DNA from: Azolla caroliniana
Lineage: Eukaryota; Plantae; Polypodiophyta
DNA: 64,000 nucleotides
NCBI GenBank assembly: GCA_043228905.1
Contig: JBHGNT010000005.1
Location: forward strand, 17,050,001-17,114,000
Direction of reading: 5' to 3'
The notes beneath the pieces were generated by a model. The model had not been told where the DNA came from. It searched no databases and saw only the letters and a program-made list of their open reading frames with translations. The stretch's first letter is position 1. Each line of letters starts with the position of its first letter. The translations under genes were made by a program, and so were the position numbers. This document shows, in pieces, positions 48,940 to 60,238 of the stretch.

Positions 48940-51900
48940 ATGGCATCAACATCCGGCTCGTCAGAAATGAGTCTACGAAAGTTCGATGGATCGAACTTCA
49001 ATTTCTGGAAGGAGCAAATGCAGGACTATCTCATAGTCAAGGGGCAAATCGATCCCATCGAAAATGAAGAACCTCCAGAAGGATACAAACCAATTGAGTG
49101 GCAGAAGCTGGACAGAATCGTCCGCGCCACGATTCGGATGCACCTATCGGAATCGGTATACTTTACGGTGCAATCGTGTACGACAGCATTCGAACTGTGG
49201 AAAACACTGTCGGACACCTACGAAAAGAAGGTCGCTGCAACGAAGATGTTCCTGATCCGGCGCCTCTACAACTTGAGGATGAAAGAATCAGATTCGGTTC
49301 AAGCACATCTCAATGAGTACGAAAGCATAAGCTCCCAAATCTCATCTCAGGGGACGGCAATCGAGGATGAACTCAGAGCAATGATACTCATGAGCAGCCT
49401 TCCCTCATCATGGGAAACTTTCGTCACAACCGTGTGCAACGCGTCAACCACGGCTGTTAAATACTCCGAAGTCACGAGCGCAATCCTGACCGAAGCAGCT
49501 CGGAGAAAGTCTTTCGCCAAAGACTCAACAGACGACGCTTATGTAGTACAAGGTTCGACAGACCGATCGAACATACGAGGAAGAGATTCCTCACGGCAGC
49601 CGAACAATCAGCGAAGACGGAGCCAGTCACGGGATAATCGAATCTGCAACTATTGCAAGAAACCCGGACACATCAAAGCCGATTGCCGCGCACTCAAGAA
49701 CAAGAATGACAAGTCTCAGAAATCAGACAAGAAGAGTGGCCGGCATGAGGAGATCAATTACGTCAGCTTCTCAGCTGATGTGCTACCAAACGACCCGAAT
49801 ATACTATCAATCGAAAATCCAGTCGGATCAGAAGTTCTGCTCACGACTGAAGAATCGAGCACATGGCTCTTAGATTCGGGCGCGTCATTTCACGTGACTC
49901 CTCATCGATCCCAATTTCGGCAATATACGATCCGTCACTCCGACTCAGTTCGAGTCGGCAACTCGCAACACTGTGACATCATTGGAATCGGCACAGTAGA
50001 GCTCAACCTTGCAGGTGGCTCTACACTTGTACTTCACAATGTCCGACATGTACCCGAGCTCTCAAGGCCATTGATCTCAGTCGGACAACTAGATGAAGAC
50101 GGCATTCGTGCCGGTTTTTCTTCGGGAGGGTGGACACTCCACAGGGGGAACCTCCTGCTTGCTAGAGGACCCAAGATACACTCGCTGTATCCGTTACATG
50201 TTACGCTCAGAGAGGGTAACCTGTTCTTGGTGGATATTCCTGTGTCATCACTATGGCACAGAAGATTAGGACACCTCAGCAAGGCCGGCATCACGCACCT
50301 ATCTAGAGCCGGATACATCCCTAAACTCTCCTTCTCGGACCATCAATTCTGCGAACATTGTCAGTATGGCAAACAAGCAGCCGCATCACACCCGACATCA
50401 ACACCAAGAGAAACGAGACCTCTCGATTTAGTCCACTCGGACGTCTGTGGCCCAATGCCGCATCAGTCTCTCGGCGGTGCCTCTTACTTCGTCAGTTTTA
50501 TTGACGATTCGACTCGAAAGGTGTGGGCTTATCCAATTCGCACCAAAGATCGTGTCTTCTCGATCTTCTCCGATTGGCTCGCTATGGTAGAAAATCAAAC
50601 TGACCGAAAACTGAAATGCTTTTGGACCGACAATGGGGGAGAGTTCAAATCAGAAGAATTCGTCAAATTCTGCCGACAACGCGGCATCCGACGTGAATTT
50701 ACGGCACCACACAGTCCGGAGCAAAACGGGATTGCAGAACGCATGAATCGGACAATCCAAGAACGGATAGTTTCCATGCTCCAACACTCCGGACTGTCGG
50801 ATGGCTTCTGGGCAGAGGCTCTACTCACGGCAGTACACATAATCAATATGTCGCCAAGCAGACCTCTAGGACTTCAAATTCCTCAGGAACTATGGATCGG
50901 CAGTAAGCCGAATTACGACAAGCTGAGGATCTTCGGATGCGAGGCGTACGCCCTTATTCCGAAAGATGATCGCCGAAAACTTGCACCTCGGTCCAGGAAA
51001 TGCATTTTCCTTGGATATGGATCAGACGGCGAAATGGGATACCGACTCTGGGACCCCGAACGCAGACAAATCGTTCGAAGTTCGGACGTTGTGTTCAACG
51101 AGTCGGCTATGAATCCATCAGTCAAAACACCGATCGAAGTCCGAAGGGTAACATTTTCTGATGTGCCGACCCTTCAAGAAGGCCCCGCTCTTAACACACG
51201 GTCAGCTTCACGGGTAGCTGAACCTTGCACTACCGACTCGGACAACTCCGACTCGGCACAACAGAATAATTCGTTTTCGGACCATCCGACCTCGATACCC
51301 GATGCGACCAGTCCAATCATACCTCGACGATCCGAGAGACTGTCGCAACCTCCGGAGAGGTATTCTCCGGGAATTTTCTTCACCGACGCCGGCGAACCGA
51401 CGTCTTACGAAGAAGCATCGACATCTGTCGATTCAGCCACCTGGCATCTGGCGATGGAGTCGGAAATGCACTCCATTCGGGCAAACAAGACTTGGGACCT
51501 GGTCGAATTACCTAAGAATCGACGTGCTCTTCCCTGCAAGTGGGTTTATCGACTAAAAGAGACGTCTGATTCGACCACCCCAAAGTACAAGGCCAGATTA
51601 GTTGCGAAGGGCTTCCGACAAGAATATGGCGTCGACTTCGACGAGATTTTTTCACCAGTGGTGAAAATGACAACCCTTCGTTTTCTACTCGGCGTAGTGG
51701 CAGCCGACAACTTGGAGCTGATTCAGCTAGATGTCAAAACAGCCTTCCTCCATGGTGATCTTGAAGAGGAAATTTATATGGAGCAGCCAAAAGGCTTCGT
51801 GGCAACTGGCCAAGCACATCTAGTCTGCCGACTCAGGAAGAGTCTATACGGCCTCAAACAGGCACCGCGACAATGGTACAAGAAGTTCGACGACTTCATC

Positions 51901-54900
51901 CAATCGATCGGCTTCTCAAAAAGCGATGAGGACCATTGTCTTTTTACCAACACAGCTCAAGATGGATCACCCATCTTCCTCATCATTTACGTGGACGACA
52001 TGCTAATTTCTGGACGCCACGCGGGCGAACTTGCCGATCTCATTCGGCAATTGCGGTTGAAGTTTGCCATGAAGGACCTCGGTCCGGCACGACACATACT
52101 TGGCATGAAGATTAGTCGGCATCGCGATAAACGACATCTTTTTTTGTCTCAGACCGACTATATCGGACGTGTCTTGGAACGCTTCAACATGCAATCAGCC
52201 AAATCTGCTTCAACCCCGCTCCCCATGAATCTTCGGCTCTCTCGACTGCCCGACATCCGGCGCGGAGGGGGAAGATATGAAGTCGGTACCGTATGCACCG
52301 GCAGTCGGCTCCCTCATGTACCTTATGGTCGCGACACGGCCTGATATTTCTCACGCCGTAGGAGTCGTTAGCAGATTTATGCACAATCCTGGCCGATCGC
52401 ATTGGAACGCAGTCAAGCATGTGTTCAAATATCTGGCTGGCACAAAAGACCACGGCATTCTTTTCGGTCCGAACTCAACCTCAGGAGTAGTCGGTTACAC
52501 CGACTCGGACTTCGCCGGCAGTATAGACAGTCGGAAATCAACAACTGGATACTGCTTCAAATTCGGCAATGGAGCAATTTCGTGGAAGTCGAAACTTCAG
52601 GAGTGCACAACGACCTCAACGACCGAAGCAGAATATGTAGCTGCGTCCGACGTTGTCGTAGTGTAGGTTGCACACTATGTGGAAATTATATTTTTGTCCC
52701 TCCGGATAGAGAATGGAGTGCTCGGTGAGAACCGGAAGAAAACGGCATACCGGCAAGGAGGAAAACGGCATACCGGCAAGGAAGAAAACGGCATACCGGC
52801 AAGGAAGAGCCGGATAAAGAGACATAAATGTAAAATAAAAGGAAATACTCACTACTGCGCAGGGCGTGATTTGAACTCTACACCTCCACGTTGACAAACC
52901 CCAACCTTACCATTACATTAACTTATCTTAAGTGTTTTCAATATAGATTTAATATGTATAAGACCTTTATTTATGCATACCTTTATTAAAAGGTAAATCG
53001 TGTATTTTTTTAATATATGAAAAAGAAAAACGAGACACTAAAAATAACTCATGCACATCTAGTGTGCATGAGCCCTATACTTAGGAAATAAAAAAAGCAT
53101 CACATGCACATTTAGTGTGCATGAACATATGAGAAAAAGCATGTAGCTATGCTTAGTCTCTCCCATCACTATATAAGGATGGGGAGCACATTGTAGTTTT
53201 TGTTGATTATTTGGATTAAATATATTTTCAATACAAAAATTATTCGTGGGATTCACGATTTATACATCTACTTCTCTCTTAACACCCTAAGTACCAATTA
53301 AAATAGGATACTCGTGTGATTCACGAGTTTCTTATCTTTCTCTTTGCTATTTACTCATAATTAATCTCTATCTCACGAACTTCTTTCTCCTAGTCCAAGA
53401 CCTCTGTGGTTCCCACCCGACTCACGCAACGATCCGGAGCCGAAAGGCACGACACAGTTGGTGAACCCGACGTGAAAACGGGTGGCAAGGAGATGGAGGC
53501 TCAACAAGCTAACAATATGATGGCGATGTTCGAACAGATGCTTCAAGAACAACGCACGATGTCGGAGATTTCGGCATCAGTAGAGCGGCTCGTGCAACGC
53601 AACGGGCAATTTAATGGTAAGGATGTGTCGCGATATTTGCAGGACTACAAGGCGGAGATGCTCCGGTGCCGGGCTTCGGAAGGACTGCAAGTGACATCCT
53701 TTAACCGGGTGGCGACCGACGGGCTTCAAGGGAGTATCCACGGGTTGCAACAACAAAATCCGACGTGGGAAGCATTCGAAGAGGCGTTAAAGACCACGTT
53801 TGCAATCGAGGACTCCTCCAAGGCAACGCGGAGGGGATTCGAGGATTGGGTGGAAACGTCAGGTAAGGGGCTGAAGGTCCTCGAAGTGTTTTCGACATTC
53901 GAAAGTCGGTTCGGGAGGTTGTCCGCGAGAGATCAAACTATTCTTGCGCCGCACAAAGTCATCATGTTTTTGCGAGCTGTGGACGTCCAGGACCGGAAAG
54001 ATCTCGGAGTGCTTCTTGAGGACACGACCACCGAAAGCGGCCTCACCGAAACATGGGAAAGCGTGCGGGATATCGTCGCGCGGTACACGAAGAGGGGGCA
54101 ATGGCTTGCCAACGAAGAAAAGAGGGTTTCGGAACCGATTCCGAAACCGAGAACGGGACTGGAAGACCATCAACTGAGGGCTCGGGAGATTACGGCCGAG
54201 AAGGGAGTCGACGCGTCTACGGTGGAGCAGCTGCTGAAGGAGATGGAGAATCTAAAGATCGCGATGGTGAAGAAGTCGGATGACCGCCCCACAAGCTCCA
54301 AATATACGGATCGACGGTGCATATGGTGCGATAGCGCCGAACACGATCGGAGGGATTGCGACGACCATAAGGAGGCGCTACGACGGGATCTCATCTACTA
54401 CGAGGGAAACGGATTCATTCGATGGACTCTCGGAAGCCACTCCGACCGAACTTCCGGAAAGGCGGCATGAAGAAGGTGCTCGAGGAGGAGTTAGCGGCAA
54501 GAAGCAACTATGCGACAACCGCGGGAATATGTGTCGGGGAGTCATCGGGAGCGAAGGCGTCTTTTTGGCCGGAGGTGCTAGGAAACACCGAGAAAACCGA
54601 CTCCAACGATATCCGAAACACCGCGGAAGGCGTCCGGGAAGCTACGGGATGGGAGTGCCCTGTCGACAAGAATAGCATATACGCCCTGTGTCAATTACAT
54701 GAGGTGTATGTGGACGAGAAACGACGGCGCACGGAGGATGCGGCCGGACCATCGAAGATACCGGAAAGCTGGAACTCCGGAGGTAAGGGAAAAGAAAAGG
54801 CGACTCCGGCATTCAAGCTCGCCTCGGACATAGAACAACAAACCGACTTGAAAAGAGTGTTCGAGGAAAGAATCTTGGATAGCGGGGTAGATTTTTCGCT

Positions 54901-57900
54901 GCGGGAACTACTCGGAATAGCGAAGAAGGAGTTTCACGATCTTCTCGTGGATCTCGTGAAAAGGAAGAGACAAAGTACGGAGGAAAATGCTCCAAGGGTG
55001 AATGCAAATACCGTTTCAATGAACGACACCGAAGTGGAAGGCGAAATTCCGAACTCCCACTATACAAGGCCACACTGGGCACGTGCGACTACGGAGACTC
55101 CGGTTCGAATCGGCAACATCAAAGAACCCGTGCTAGCATTGATTGATCACGGATCGGAGATCAACTTGATGTCCAAGGAGTTCTACCGAAAGGGGAAGTG
55201 GCCTATAAACACCAACCATGGATGGAAGATTCGGGCAGCCACGAAAACGACAGAAGACCTATTTGCGGCTTGTCCGGATGTGACGGTAAAGATCGGGGAT
55301 GTCGAAATTGACCAAAATTTCTTTGTGCAAGATGAGGTTTCGCATTCTGTCATCCTCGGCCAACCCTTTATCACGGCTTCACGGATGGAGACGAAGGTGC
55401 TCGATAGTGGTGCGGCTTTTGCGCGAATTCGGAGCCAAAACGGAGGGAAATCCGTCCAATTCCTAACGGTGCCGGCAAATCACGAAAGGAACAAGAGGGA
55501 ACTCTTGTCCCAAGTGAGAATGGATTTTTAAAGCGGACTGTTGCGGAGTGGGGAAGTGATAGTCCGAGAAGCCCTGATACCCCACACAGGAAGAAAACTC
55601 TCGGAGCAAAACAAGTACGAATCGGCCCGGATGGGGCATCTACGTACACGGCCGTAACCGGAGGAATGAAGAAACAATACCGACAAGTGGAGGCTAAGTT
55701 ACGGTCGGCATCAATAATAAAAGAAGACGAAGAAATCGTGGGAGTGATCGAGGAAGTGTTCTATGGGAATACACTACAACGGCTTGAAGAGCTTGCGGAA
55801 GATAAAAGCCAAGGGAACCGGGTAGTCCCGGTGGAATCGGTCGAGATGTACGAGATCGTTGCGAAAATGGGGCCGGATGCGCTCCGCAAAGAAGAAGCAA
55901 TGGTAAGTACGAAATACAAGACCGTGGAGAAGAAGGTGAAACCGGCCGCGGGACCACTACCCGCCGATAGCGAACAAAAGAAGAAAGAAGTCTCGGGAGA
56001 TCCGACACTTCGGAAGTCCGTGGATATCGGACATGCCTTCACAGATGAGACCCGGAAGAAACTTCGGATCGGTGGAGGTGGGTTCCTCTTACAAGAAGAA
56101 GAAAAACGGTTTCGAGAGATGTTGGAGCAACATGGCAAAGCATTCGCGTTCACATCGAGGGAGATCGGATGCATTGATCCAAAGATAGTGGAGCCGATGG
56201 TGATTTTCACGATTGATCATGTACCGTGGAACCTGAAGCCGATTCCGGTGCCACGGGCGCATATTCCGAAAGTCATCGACTTGCTCAAGGAGAAGGTGGC
56301 GATGGGGATTCTAGAGCCATCAAGTGCTCCGTACTCAAATCGATGGTTTACGGTTCCGAAGAAGAATGGGTCACTCCGATTCATCCAAGACTTGCAACCG
56401 GTGAACAAGGTCACGATCCGGAACTCGGGAGTCGGTCCGATAGTGGACGAATTCGCGGAAGCTTTTGCCGGACGTGCGATATACTCCATCGGGGACCTAT
56501 ACTCGGGGTATGACCAATTCCAACTAGCCGTGGAGAGCCGAGACATCACTACCATGCGGACACCGATAGGACTAGTTCGAATGTGCACACTACCACAAGG
56601 AGCGACAAACTCGGTTGCACATATGATGAACGCGATGAACAAGGTGCTTCGAGATTGCATCCCGGAGATAACGATGCCGTTTCTAGATGACATTCCGATA
56701 AAAGGATGCGCGGTGGAAGAAAAAGATGAGACTATGGATGATCGGGGATGCCGAAAGTTCGTGGTCGACCATATTCATGATTGCGAGAAAGTGTTGCGAA
56801 AGCTAGAAGATGTGCACCTAACACTTTCCGGGGAGAAATCGGCATTCGGGCAAGAAGAAATATTGGTGGTCGGACATCTATGTGGACCCTATGGCCGAAG
56901 ACCGTCACCAACAAAGATCGATGCGATTCAAGCTATGAAGGAAGTATGTGAGTCGACATCGGAAGTCCGAAGGTTTCTGGGTGCGTGTGCATTCTATCAC
57001 ATATGGATTCCGCACTATGCACATATAGCGGACCCGCTATATCACTTGTTGCGGAAAGGTAAGAAATTCGAGTGGAAACCGGAACACACTAAAGCCATGA
57101 GGAAGCTCAAGAAGACACTATGGAGGGCGGAATCACTTAAGAAGCCAAGCTACGAGCGGCCAATCATAGTAACGGTTGATACAAGTCCAACCGGTATCGG
57201 GTGGGTCATCAATCAAGCCGACTCGGATGGTTCGCGGTATCCGATCCGATTTGGAGCAAAGGTCCTCAACGAAAGGCAACGCGGATATGCACAAGTCAAA
57301 AGAGAATTGTGGGGAGTCGTGTCGGCGATAAAATCGGATCGGGATTATTTGATCGGAGCTGAAGTGGTGATCGAGACGGATTGTCTTCCGATACTCGGGA
57401 TGATGCGGTGTTGTACGATACCGGATGTGGCTATGCTAAGGTGGATTGCATATGTCAAGTCACTTAATCCGGAGGTTCGACACATCTCGGGGAAGGACAA
57501 CGCAGTAGCGGACATGTTATCGAGGGCGCGGTTTGAAGACGACATAACCGAATCAGATAATGAAGAAGTTTCCGAAGACTACTTCACGTCAGAACACATA
57601 TGCCGAGTGAACGTGATCCGAGAATTCCGGGAAGAAGAATACGAGGGGGAAACCTTGATGATCGGGAAGATGCTACAAGAGGTCGAGGATTCAACCAATG
57701 ATAAAGAAAGGAGAGCCGAGATCCGAAGGAAGAAGAGGCAAGTCCAAAAGTTCTTCTTGGAAAACGGTTTAATATGGAGGACGCCGAAAAGACCGGATGG
57801 GATACCACTTCGAGTAGTCGGGACGAAAGAGCAACGAAACCGGATAATGTCCGAGTTCCACGAATCCGATTGGGCTGGACATCGAGGAACATGGGCAACT

Positions 57901-60238
57901 TTTGTGAAAATCAAGCAAAGATATTGGTGGAAGAACATGTATAAAGATGTCGCGGAGTTCACAGAAAGCTGCGAGAAATGTCAAGTCTACTCCGGGGTCC
58001 GACACCGAGATGAGCTGCATCCGACATTCTCACCGACAATCAACTTCAAGTGGATGGTCGACATTGTAGCTATGCCGACCGGGATTGGACAAAAGAAATA
58101 CTTGGTGTTAGCTCGAGAAGATCTCACAAACCAAGTTGAAGGTCGAGCGCTTCGGAGGAAAACGTGTGCCGCGGTGTGCCAATTTCTTTTGGAAGAAGTG
58201 TTTTGTAGGTACGGCTGCGTAGGACAAGTGATTGCGGACCGGGGAGAACTCGACTCGGACGAAGCTAGGGGATTCTTCGCCAAACATGGAGTTCGGTTAA
58301 CGTTGACAACGGCCTACAATCCGGAGGCCAACGGGAAGATCGAACAAGGACATAGTCCGATCGTGAAAGCACTTGCGAAGGCATGCGACGGAAGGATGAA
58401 GGATTGGCCACAAATGCTTCCGTATGCACTATGGGCGGATCGGACGACGCATAGCTCCGTGACCGGTTACATGCCGGCAGAACTCATGACCGGACAAGCA
58501 CCGGTAATGCCAACGGAAACCGCAATCGCGACATGGACAATACTACCGTGGAAGGAAGAGATGAGCCGGGAAGAACTACTAGCGGTCCGGATACGACAAC
58601 TGGAGGGAAGACCGAAAGATGTAGCGGAAGCGTCACGCCGACAACAAGAAGCACGGTTCCGGAACAAAAGCCGGTTCGACACAAAGCACCGATTACGACC
58701 GAGGAGGATTGAAGAAGGAGATTGGGTGATCGTCTATGATAGTAGCTTGGACCATCAACATACAACGATGCGGAAATTCGCGAAAAGGTGGTTCGGGCCG
58801 TACGAGGTTCGGAAGGTCTTCGACAACGGGACGTACCGACTGTCCGAGTTGGATGGAACAATACTACGAGTGCCTATAGCCGGGAAGCGGGTGAAGATTT
58901 TCAAGAAGCGGACCGACGACAAACCTTATGTGATCCAAGTCGAGGCCGACAACGAGGAGCAATCGGACGAAGACCACAATGATGTGGGAAGCGAAGAAAG
59001 TGGATTACAACTCATAGTCGACATAAGGGGAGAATCGGAGGAAGCTTCGGATGAAGACGGATACGAAGAATCAAGAACTTCGGCACATACCGGAGGATGT
59101 GCGGGTTTGGAGGGGGCGAGTGTCGTAGTGTAGGTTGCACACTATGTGGAAATTATATTTTTGTCCCTCCGGATAGAGAATGGAGTGCTCGGTGAGAACC
59201 GGAGGAAAACGGCATACCGGCAAGGAGGAAAACGGCATACCGGCAAGGAAGAAAACGGCATACCGGCAAGGAAGAGCCGGATAAAGAGACATAAATGTAA
59301 AATAAAAGGAAATACTCATTACTGCGCAGGGCGTGATTCGAACTCTACACCTCCACGTTGACAAACCCCAACCTTACGATTACATTAACTTATCTTAAGT
59401 GTTTTAAATATAGATTTAATATGTATAAGACCTTTATTTATGCATACCTTTATTAAAAGGTAAATCGTGTATTTTTTTAATATATGAAAAAGAAAAACGA
59501 GACACTAAAAATAACTCATGCACATCTAGTGTGCATGAGCCCTATACTTAGGAAATAAAAAAAGCATCACATGCACATTTAGTGTGCATGAACATATGAG
59601 AAAAAGCATGTAGCTATGCTTAGTCTCTCCCATCACTATATAAGGATGGGGAGCACATTGTAGTTTTTGTTGATTATTTGGATTAAATATATTTTCAATA
59701 CAAAAATTATTCGTGGGATTCACGATTTATACATCTACTTCTCTCTTAACACCCTAAGTACCAATTAAAATAGGATACTCGTGTGATTCACGAGTTTCTT
59801 ATCTTTCTCTTTGCTATTTACTCATAATTAATCTCTATCTCACGAACTTCTTTCTCCTAGTCCAAGACCTCTGTGGTTCCCACCCGACTCACGCAACGAT
59901 CCGGAGCCGAAAGGCACGACAACGCTGCAAAAGAAGCTTTGTGGCTCGGTCGACTGGCGCACACGTTTCGACAAGTCGACCATGACTCGGCCCCAGTTGT
60001 CTATAGCGACAGTCAAGGTGGTGTTGCCTTGTCGAAAAATCCGGTTCACCACAACGCCTCCAAACATATCGACGTTCGATATCACTTCGTTCGGGACTGC
60101 GTCATTTCAGGGAAAATCGGTCTAGAGAAAATATCCACAACCGACAATGTTGCAGATGGAATGACCACGTGTCTTTCGGCAGACCGCTTTCGGTCCCTTC
60201 GGCATCAGATGGGCGTAACGACAAACCAGTCCGGTTAG
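48940..60238 (+). CDS. Copia-5 gag-pol (48940-52653 plus 59922-60238), frame break at about 52240-52265
   Basis: CNYCKKPGHIKADC, WLLDSGAS, HSDVC, YVDDML. RNase H is split at EAEYVAASD|AAKEALWL. Confidence 0.9.
52855..52928 (-). ncRNA. Degenerate tRNA-like A/B-box cassette in the gypsy LTR; copy at 59322-59395
   Basis: Minus strand TAATGTAATGGTAAGGTTG...GTGTAGAGTTC(A/G)AATCAC with tRNA-like spacing. Stems are not conserved. Confidence 0.5.
53459..53476 (+). promoter_or_regulatory. Primer-binding site complementary to tRNA-Trp
   Basis: TGGTGAACCCGACGTGAA is the reverse complement of TTCACGTCGGGTTCACCA, the plant cytosolic tRNA-Trp 3' end as recalled. Confidence 0.8.
53493..54470 (+). CDS. Gypsy gag
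   Basis: First ATG after the PBS; zinc knuckle CIWCDSAEHDRRDC. Confidence 0.85.
   Translation: MEAQQANNMMAMFEQMLQEQRTMSEISASVERLVQRNGQFNGKDVSRYLQDYKAEMLRCRASEGLQVTSFNRVATDGLQGSIHGLQQQNPTWEAFEEALKTTFAIEDSSKATRRGFEDWVETSGKGLKVLEVFSTFESRFGRLSARDQTILAPHKVIMFLRAVDVQDRKDLGVLLEDTTTESGLTETWESVRDIVARYTKRGQWLANEEKRVSEPIPKPRTGLEDHQLRAREITAEKGVDASTVEQLLKEMENLKIAMVKKSDDRPTSSKYTDRRCIWCDSAEHDRRDCDDHKEALRRDLIYYEGNGFIRWTLGSHSDRTSGKAA
54404..55531 (+). CDS. Gypsy ORF2: gag extension plus aspartic protease, -1 frame relative to gag
   Basis: Protease motifs VLALIDHGSEINLM and VILGQPF. Confidence 0.8.
   Translation, partial: GKRIHSMDSRKPLRPNFRKGGMKKVLEEELAARSNYATTAGICVGESSGAKASFWPEVLGNTEKTDSNDIRNTAEGVREATGWECPVDKNSIYALCQLHEVYVDEKRRRTEDAAGPSKIPESWNSGGKGKEKATPAFKLASDIEQQTDLKRVFEERILDSGVDFSLRELLGIAKKEFHDLLVDLVKRKRQSTEENAPRVNANTVSMNDTEVEGEIPNSHYTRPHWARATTETPVRIGNIKEPVLALIDHGSEINLMSKEFYRKGKWPINTNHGWKIRAATKTTEDLFAACPDVTVKIGDVEIDQNFFVQDEVSHSVILGQPFITASRMETKVLDSGAAFARIRSQNGGKSVQFLTVPANHERNKRELLSQVRMDF
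55522..59133 (+). CDS. Gypsy pol (RT-RNase H-integrase), entered by -1 frameshift
   Basis: The frame is open from the slippery site through the ATG at 55666. LPQGATNS, FLDDIPIKG, TVDTS..ETDC, HHCC, DIVAM..DRGE..NGKIE, GPY motif. No chromodomain; the stop lies inside the 3' LTR. Confidence 0.92.
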   Translation, partial: GFLKRTVAEWGSDSPRSPDTPHRKKTLGAKQVRIGPDGASTYTAVTGGMKKQYRQVEAKLRSASIIKEDEEIVGVIEEVFYGNTLQRLEELAEDKSQGNRVVPVESVEMYEIVAKMGPDALRKEEAMVSTKYKTVEKKVKPAAGPLPADSEQKKKEVSGDPTLRKSVDIGHAFTDETRKKLRIGGGGFLLQEEEKRFREMLEQHGKAFAFTSREIGCIDPKIVEPMVIFTIDHVPWNLKPIPVPRAHIPKVIDLLKEKVAMGILEPSSAPYSNRWFTVPKKNGSLRFIQDLQPVNKVTIRNSGVGPIVDEFAEAFAGRAIYSIGDLYSGYDQFQLAVESRDITTMRTPIGLVRMCTLPQGATNSVAHMMNAMNKVLRDCIPEITMPFLDDIPIKGCAVEEKDETMDDRGCRKFVVDHIHDCEKVLRKLEDVHLTLSGEKSAFGQEEILVVGHLCGPYGRRPSPTKIDAIQAMKEVCESTSEVRRFLGACAFYHIWIPHYAHIADPLYHLLRKGKKFEWKPEHTKAMRKLKKTLWRAESLKKPSYERPIIVTVDTSPTGIGWVINQADSDGSRYPIRFGAKVLNERQRGYAQVKRELWGVVSAIKSDRDYLIGAEVVIETDCLPILGMMRCCTIPDVAMLRWIAYVKSLNPEVRHISGKDNAVADMLSRARFEDDITESDNEEVSEDYFTSEHICRVNVIREFREEEYEGETLMIGKMLQEVEDSTNDKERRAEIRRKKRQVQKFFLENGLIWRTPKRPDGIPLRVVGTKEQRNRIMSEFHESDWAGHRGTWATFVKIKQRYWWKNMYKDVAEFTESCEKCQVYSGVRHRDELHPTFSPTINFKWMVDIVAMPTGIGQKKYLVLAREDLTNQVEGRALRRKTCAAVCQFLLEEVFCRYGCVGQVIADRGELDSDEARGFFAKHGVRLTLTTAYNPEANGKIEQGHSPIVKALAKACDGRMKDWPQMLPYALWADRTTHSSVTGYMPAELMTGQAPVMPTETAIATWTILPWKEEMSREELLAVRIRQLEGRPKDVAEASRRQQEARFRNKSRFDTKHRLRPRRIEEGDWVIVYDSSLDHQHTTMRKFAKRWFGPYEVRKVFDNGTYRLSELDGTILRVPIAGKRVKIFKKRTDDKPYVIQVEADNEEQSDEDHNDVGSEESGLQLIVDIRGESEEASDEDGYEESRTSAHTGGCAGLEGASVVV

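Larger units (their letters stand above)
52654..59921 (+). mobile_element. Near-intact non-chromoviral Ty3/gypsy (Phygy/Selgy-like or fungal Ylt1-like; lineage not confirmed)
   Basis: 801-bp LTRs 52654-53454 and 59121-59921 (TGTCGT...ACGACA, 5 differences seen). PBS 53459-53476, PPT GGAGGGGGCGAG 59109-59120, TSD ACGT/ACGC. Confidence 0.95.

Noticed and set aside
52738-52807. CRISPR-like array
   Set aside because: Adjacent tandem repeats with no unique spacers, inside a eukaryotic LTR. The same applies to 14750-14890 and 19515-19630.
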